Notes under the pieces: generated by a model
Databases searched by the model: none
What the model was told of the DNA's origin: nothing
Seen by the model: only the letters and a program-made list of their open reading frames with translations
Position numbers and translations under genes: made by a program
IMG/VR virus record: IMGVR_UViG_2565956616_000006
Location: 1 to 43,312 of that record
DNA length: 43,312 nt
DNA from: a virus
Taxonomy: Duplodnaviria > Heunggongvirae > Uroviricota > Caudoviricetes
Strand: one strand, 5' to 3'
Shown: one piece after another, positions 41,337 through 43,312 of the stretch
Layout: each line of letters opens with the position of its first letter
How positions within the stretch are numbered: position 1 is the stretch's first letter

Positions 41337-42701
41337 CTATGGCGTTGTTTTGCGCCTTAAATTTGATTTTTTATTGATTGATAAGCCTTTCTCTATTTCA
41401 GGGTAGCGTAGAAGCTCAATATAGTTTTTAAGCTCTACTGGAGAAGCTGCATTCTTGCTATATGTGCGGAATGTCTCTGTATTGCCGCGTGTATGGCCCA
41501 GGAGAAGGGCGATCCTGTCTTCTGGAATTTGATTTCGATCAAGAAGCTGTGCTACTCCGTGTCTCAGAGAATGAAACACTTTCCTTTCTGTTCCCTTTTC
41601 CCCTAAAGCCTTTCGTTTAGCTCTTGTAAATCGTTGTGTATGCCACGTAGAGCGTTTACCGTCAGCACGCTCTGTAATGCTGGCGTGATAGAACAAAAAG
41701 CCATTGTGAGGCTTTTCACGAAGAGATAACACCAATGGAGTGATAAGGCTATGCACAGGCACAAGACGTGCCGCAGCTTTCGTCTTTCCCTGTGTGATTT
41801 CAAAACACAGCACACCTTCGATCTCTTTCACATCGTCTATTGTGAGACTTGCTATCTCATTGATCCGCATACCTGTATATAAACCGATAAGACACAAAGC
41901 CATCATTTCTTTGTTTTCTGCTGAATTACCGGAAAATACTTGCAACACCTGCAATAACTCTTTGTTAGAAAATGCCTCGTAGCTCTCTCTACTTTGTGCC
42001 ACATCAAGCCTATGCCCTCGCCAGGGGGAGAGCGCCCTTTCTGGCGCATCGTGGTAACGTGATGAAGCTAACTCCCATAGCTGGGCCATTGGGCTGATAT
42101 AATTTGCAATTGATTGTTGTGAAAGGGTTTTTTGCATGTGTTCAATCCAGCCTGTAACAGTGGTGCGGCTTACATCTTGCAATGCAATATCAGGCTTTTT
42201 ACGGTAGGAGAGAAACATCTCTACCGCTTTTCTTGCCTTAGCTAAAGTGGCTGGCTTCTTCTTCGTGCTGTTAATTGTCAGGTAGATTTCAAGAATTTTA
42301 AGCAATGACGGACACGAAGACGCTGTATCTTGCATTCTGGTAGCTGTTTTGGCGTATTTAGCCTTACTGCGTAACAGTTCCAGCGTGTTTTCTATTGTGC
42401 TGTTTACAGGGGCAACACTCTCCCGTAAGCAATGGTATTCATCTGCAATCTGATCACGCTTTCTACGTGCAACACGAAGATTACTTGTGTGCAGACTTCT
42501 GACAAACGTCCTTTTTCCTTCAAAAAAGGGCTGCATATACACAGGCAGCGTGATCCTTAAATAGTAGTTACCGTAAGAATCACAGATTAAGTATTGGTTA
42601 GGCTTGTATCTCATAAAATCTCCGGCTAAAGTGTCGGAGCGTTTGTAATGTGAAAATTGATTGTGACGCATAGAAAATGATGATTTTTCTATAAGATTCA
42701 A
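41337..42701 (-). CDS. int: Tyrosine recombinase/integrase of island 2 (probable start at 42614)
   Basis: C-terminal catalytic motifs (FHSLRHG; LLGHTRGNTETFRTYS); unrelated in sequence to the island-1 integrase; internal ATG (MRYKPNQ) has a GGAG RBS. Confidence 0.8.
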   Translation of the reverse strand: MNLIEKSSFSMRHNQFSHYKRSDTLAGDFMRYKPNQYLICDSYGNYYLRITLPVYMQPFFEGKRTFVRSLHTSNLRVARRKRDQIADEYHCLRESVAPVNSTIENTLELLRSKAKYAKTATRMQDTASSCPSLLKILEIYLTINSTKKKPATLAKARKAVEMFLSYRKKPDIALQDVSRTTVTGWIEHMQKTLSQQSIANYISPMAQLWELASSRYHDAPERALSPWRGHRLDVAQSRESYEAFSNKELLQVLQVFSGNSAENKEMMALCLIGLYTGMRINEIASLTIDDVKEIEGVLCFEITQGKTKAAARLVPVHSLITPLVLSLREKPHNGFLFYHASITERADGKRSTWHTQRFTRAKRKALGEKGTERKVFHSLRHGVAQLLDRNQIPEDRIALLLGHTRGNTETFRTYSKNAASPVELKNYIELLRYPEIEKGLSINKKSNLRRKTTP

Positions 42702-42758
42702 TCAATTAGTAATGGTCGTAGGTGATGGCATTAACACGAGATTAATCGAGTGTTTTAC

Positions 42759-42776
42759 TCCTATTATCGGCACCAT
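42759..42776 (+). repeat. att direct repeat copy C (TCCTATTATCGGCACCAT)
   Basis: Exact 18-nt copy; 20 of 20 with copy A when flanks are included. Confidence 0.8.
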
Positions 42777-42901
42777 TAAAATCAAAGAGTTACCCCATAT
42801 TTAAATACACCACGTTTCCTCCTGTGCCGCATTTGTGCCATTGTAACCCTGGCAATTCATCAAAATACTGTTCTGACATCAGGCAGTGCAGGTGCAGCTA
42901 T

Positions 42902-43312
42902 TTAAACCAATTGCTGCCGCCATTCTTTGACGTAGTCAATCAGGGCGCGGAGCTTTGGTGCAATATTGCGACGCTGTGGGAAATACAGATAGAAGCCCGG
43001 AAATTGTGGAAGAAAGTCATCAAGCAGCGATACAAGCTTACCGCTTTCAATATATGGCCTGAAAGTTTCCTGAGTGGCAATTGTTATTCCTCCGCCGGCA
43101 AGAGCCAGCCTCAACATCAGACGCAGATCATTAGTCGTAATCTGCGGTTCAATCGCAAGGTCGAAAGTTCTCCCGTTTTCTTCAAATGGCCAGCGATAAG
43201 GCGCAACCTCCGGGGACTGACGCCAGCCGATACACTTATGGGTATTTCCCCCGGAGGCGAGAAAGCGCTCTCCACGCCCGGCCGCAAGGATCAGGACGAC
43301 GGGGGCAGGCAT
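42902..43312 (-). CDS. LysR-family transcriptional regulator, C-terminal part (5' end outside window)
   Basis: C-terminal substrate-binding-domain-like sequence; the frame is open to the window end, so the apparent ATG at 43310-43312 is probably internal. Confidence 0.55.
   Translation of the reverse strand: MPAPVVLILAAGRGERFLASGGNTHKCIGWRQSPEVAPYRWPFEENGRTFDLAIEPQITTNDLRLMLRLALAGGGITIATQETFRPYIESGKLVSLLDDFLPQFPGFYLYFPQRRNIAPKLRALIDYVKEWRQQLV

Larger units (their letters stand above)
30373..42776. mobile_element. Second integrative island (island 2, about 12.4 kb), uncharacterised type
   Basis: Bounded by att repeats B and C; own integrase at right end; AT-rich left half. Confidence 0.6.

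Overview
The window holds three mobile elements in tandem at one tRNA-Thr-type attachment site, marked by three direct repeats of the tRNA 3' end (about 11834, 30355 and 42759), followed by a LysR-type regulator fragment at the right edge. (1) 1-11850 is the right arm of a P22-like prophage: late genes gp4, gp10, gp26, gp14 and ejection proteins gp7/gp20/gp16, two envelope moron genes, the immI region (mnt, arc, ant with Arc and Mnt operators), a tailspike with a P22-type N-terminus, and the 46-nt att core. (2) 11851-30372 is a P4/PICI-like satellite island: P4-family integrase, AlpA, small genes, primase-helicase and an iteron origin. Its cargo is the main finding: a second, divergent copy of the gp14/gp7/gp20/gp16 ejection-protein cassette, bracketed by two inverted iteron modules, plus a low-GC membrane protein, an AbiD/AbiF-like abortive-infection gene, an RHH regulator and a PerC-like activator. 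(3) 30373-42776 is a second integrative island with a different tyrosine integrase, an AT-rich non-coding region with a helically phased palindrome array, and unrecognised proteins including a 613-aa coiled-coil/Gly-rich protein. All homology calls come from reading the translations and recalling P22 proteins; no searches were run, and coordinates of non-coding motifs are accurate to about +/-2 nt.
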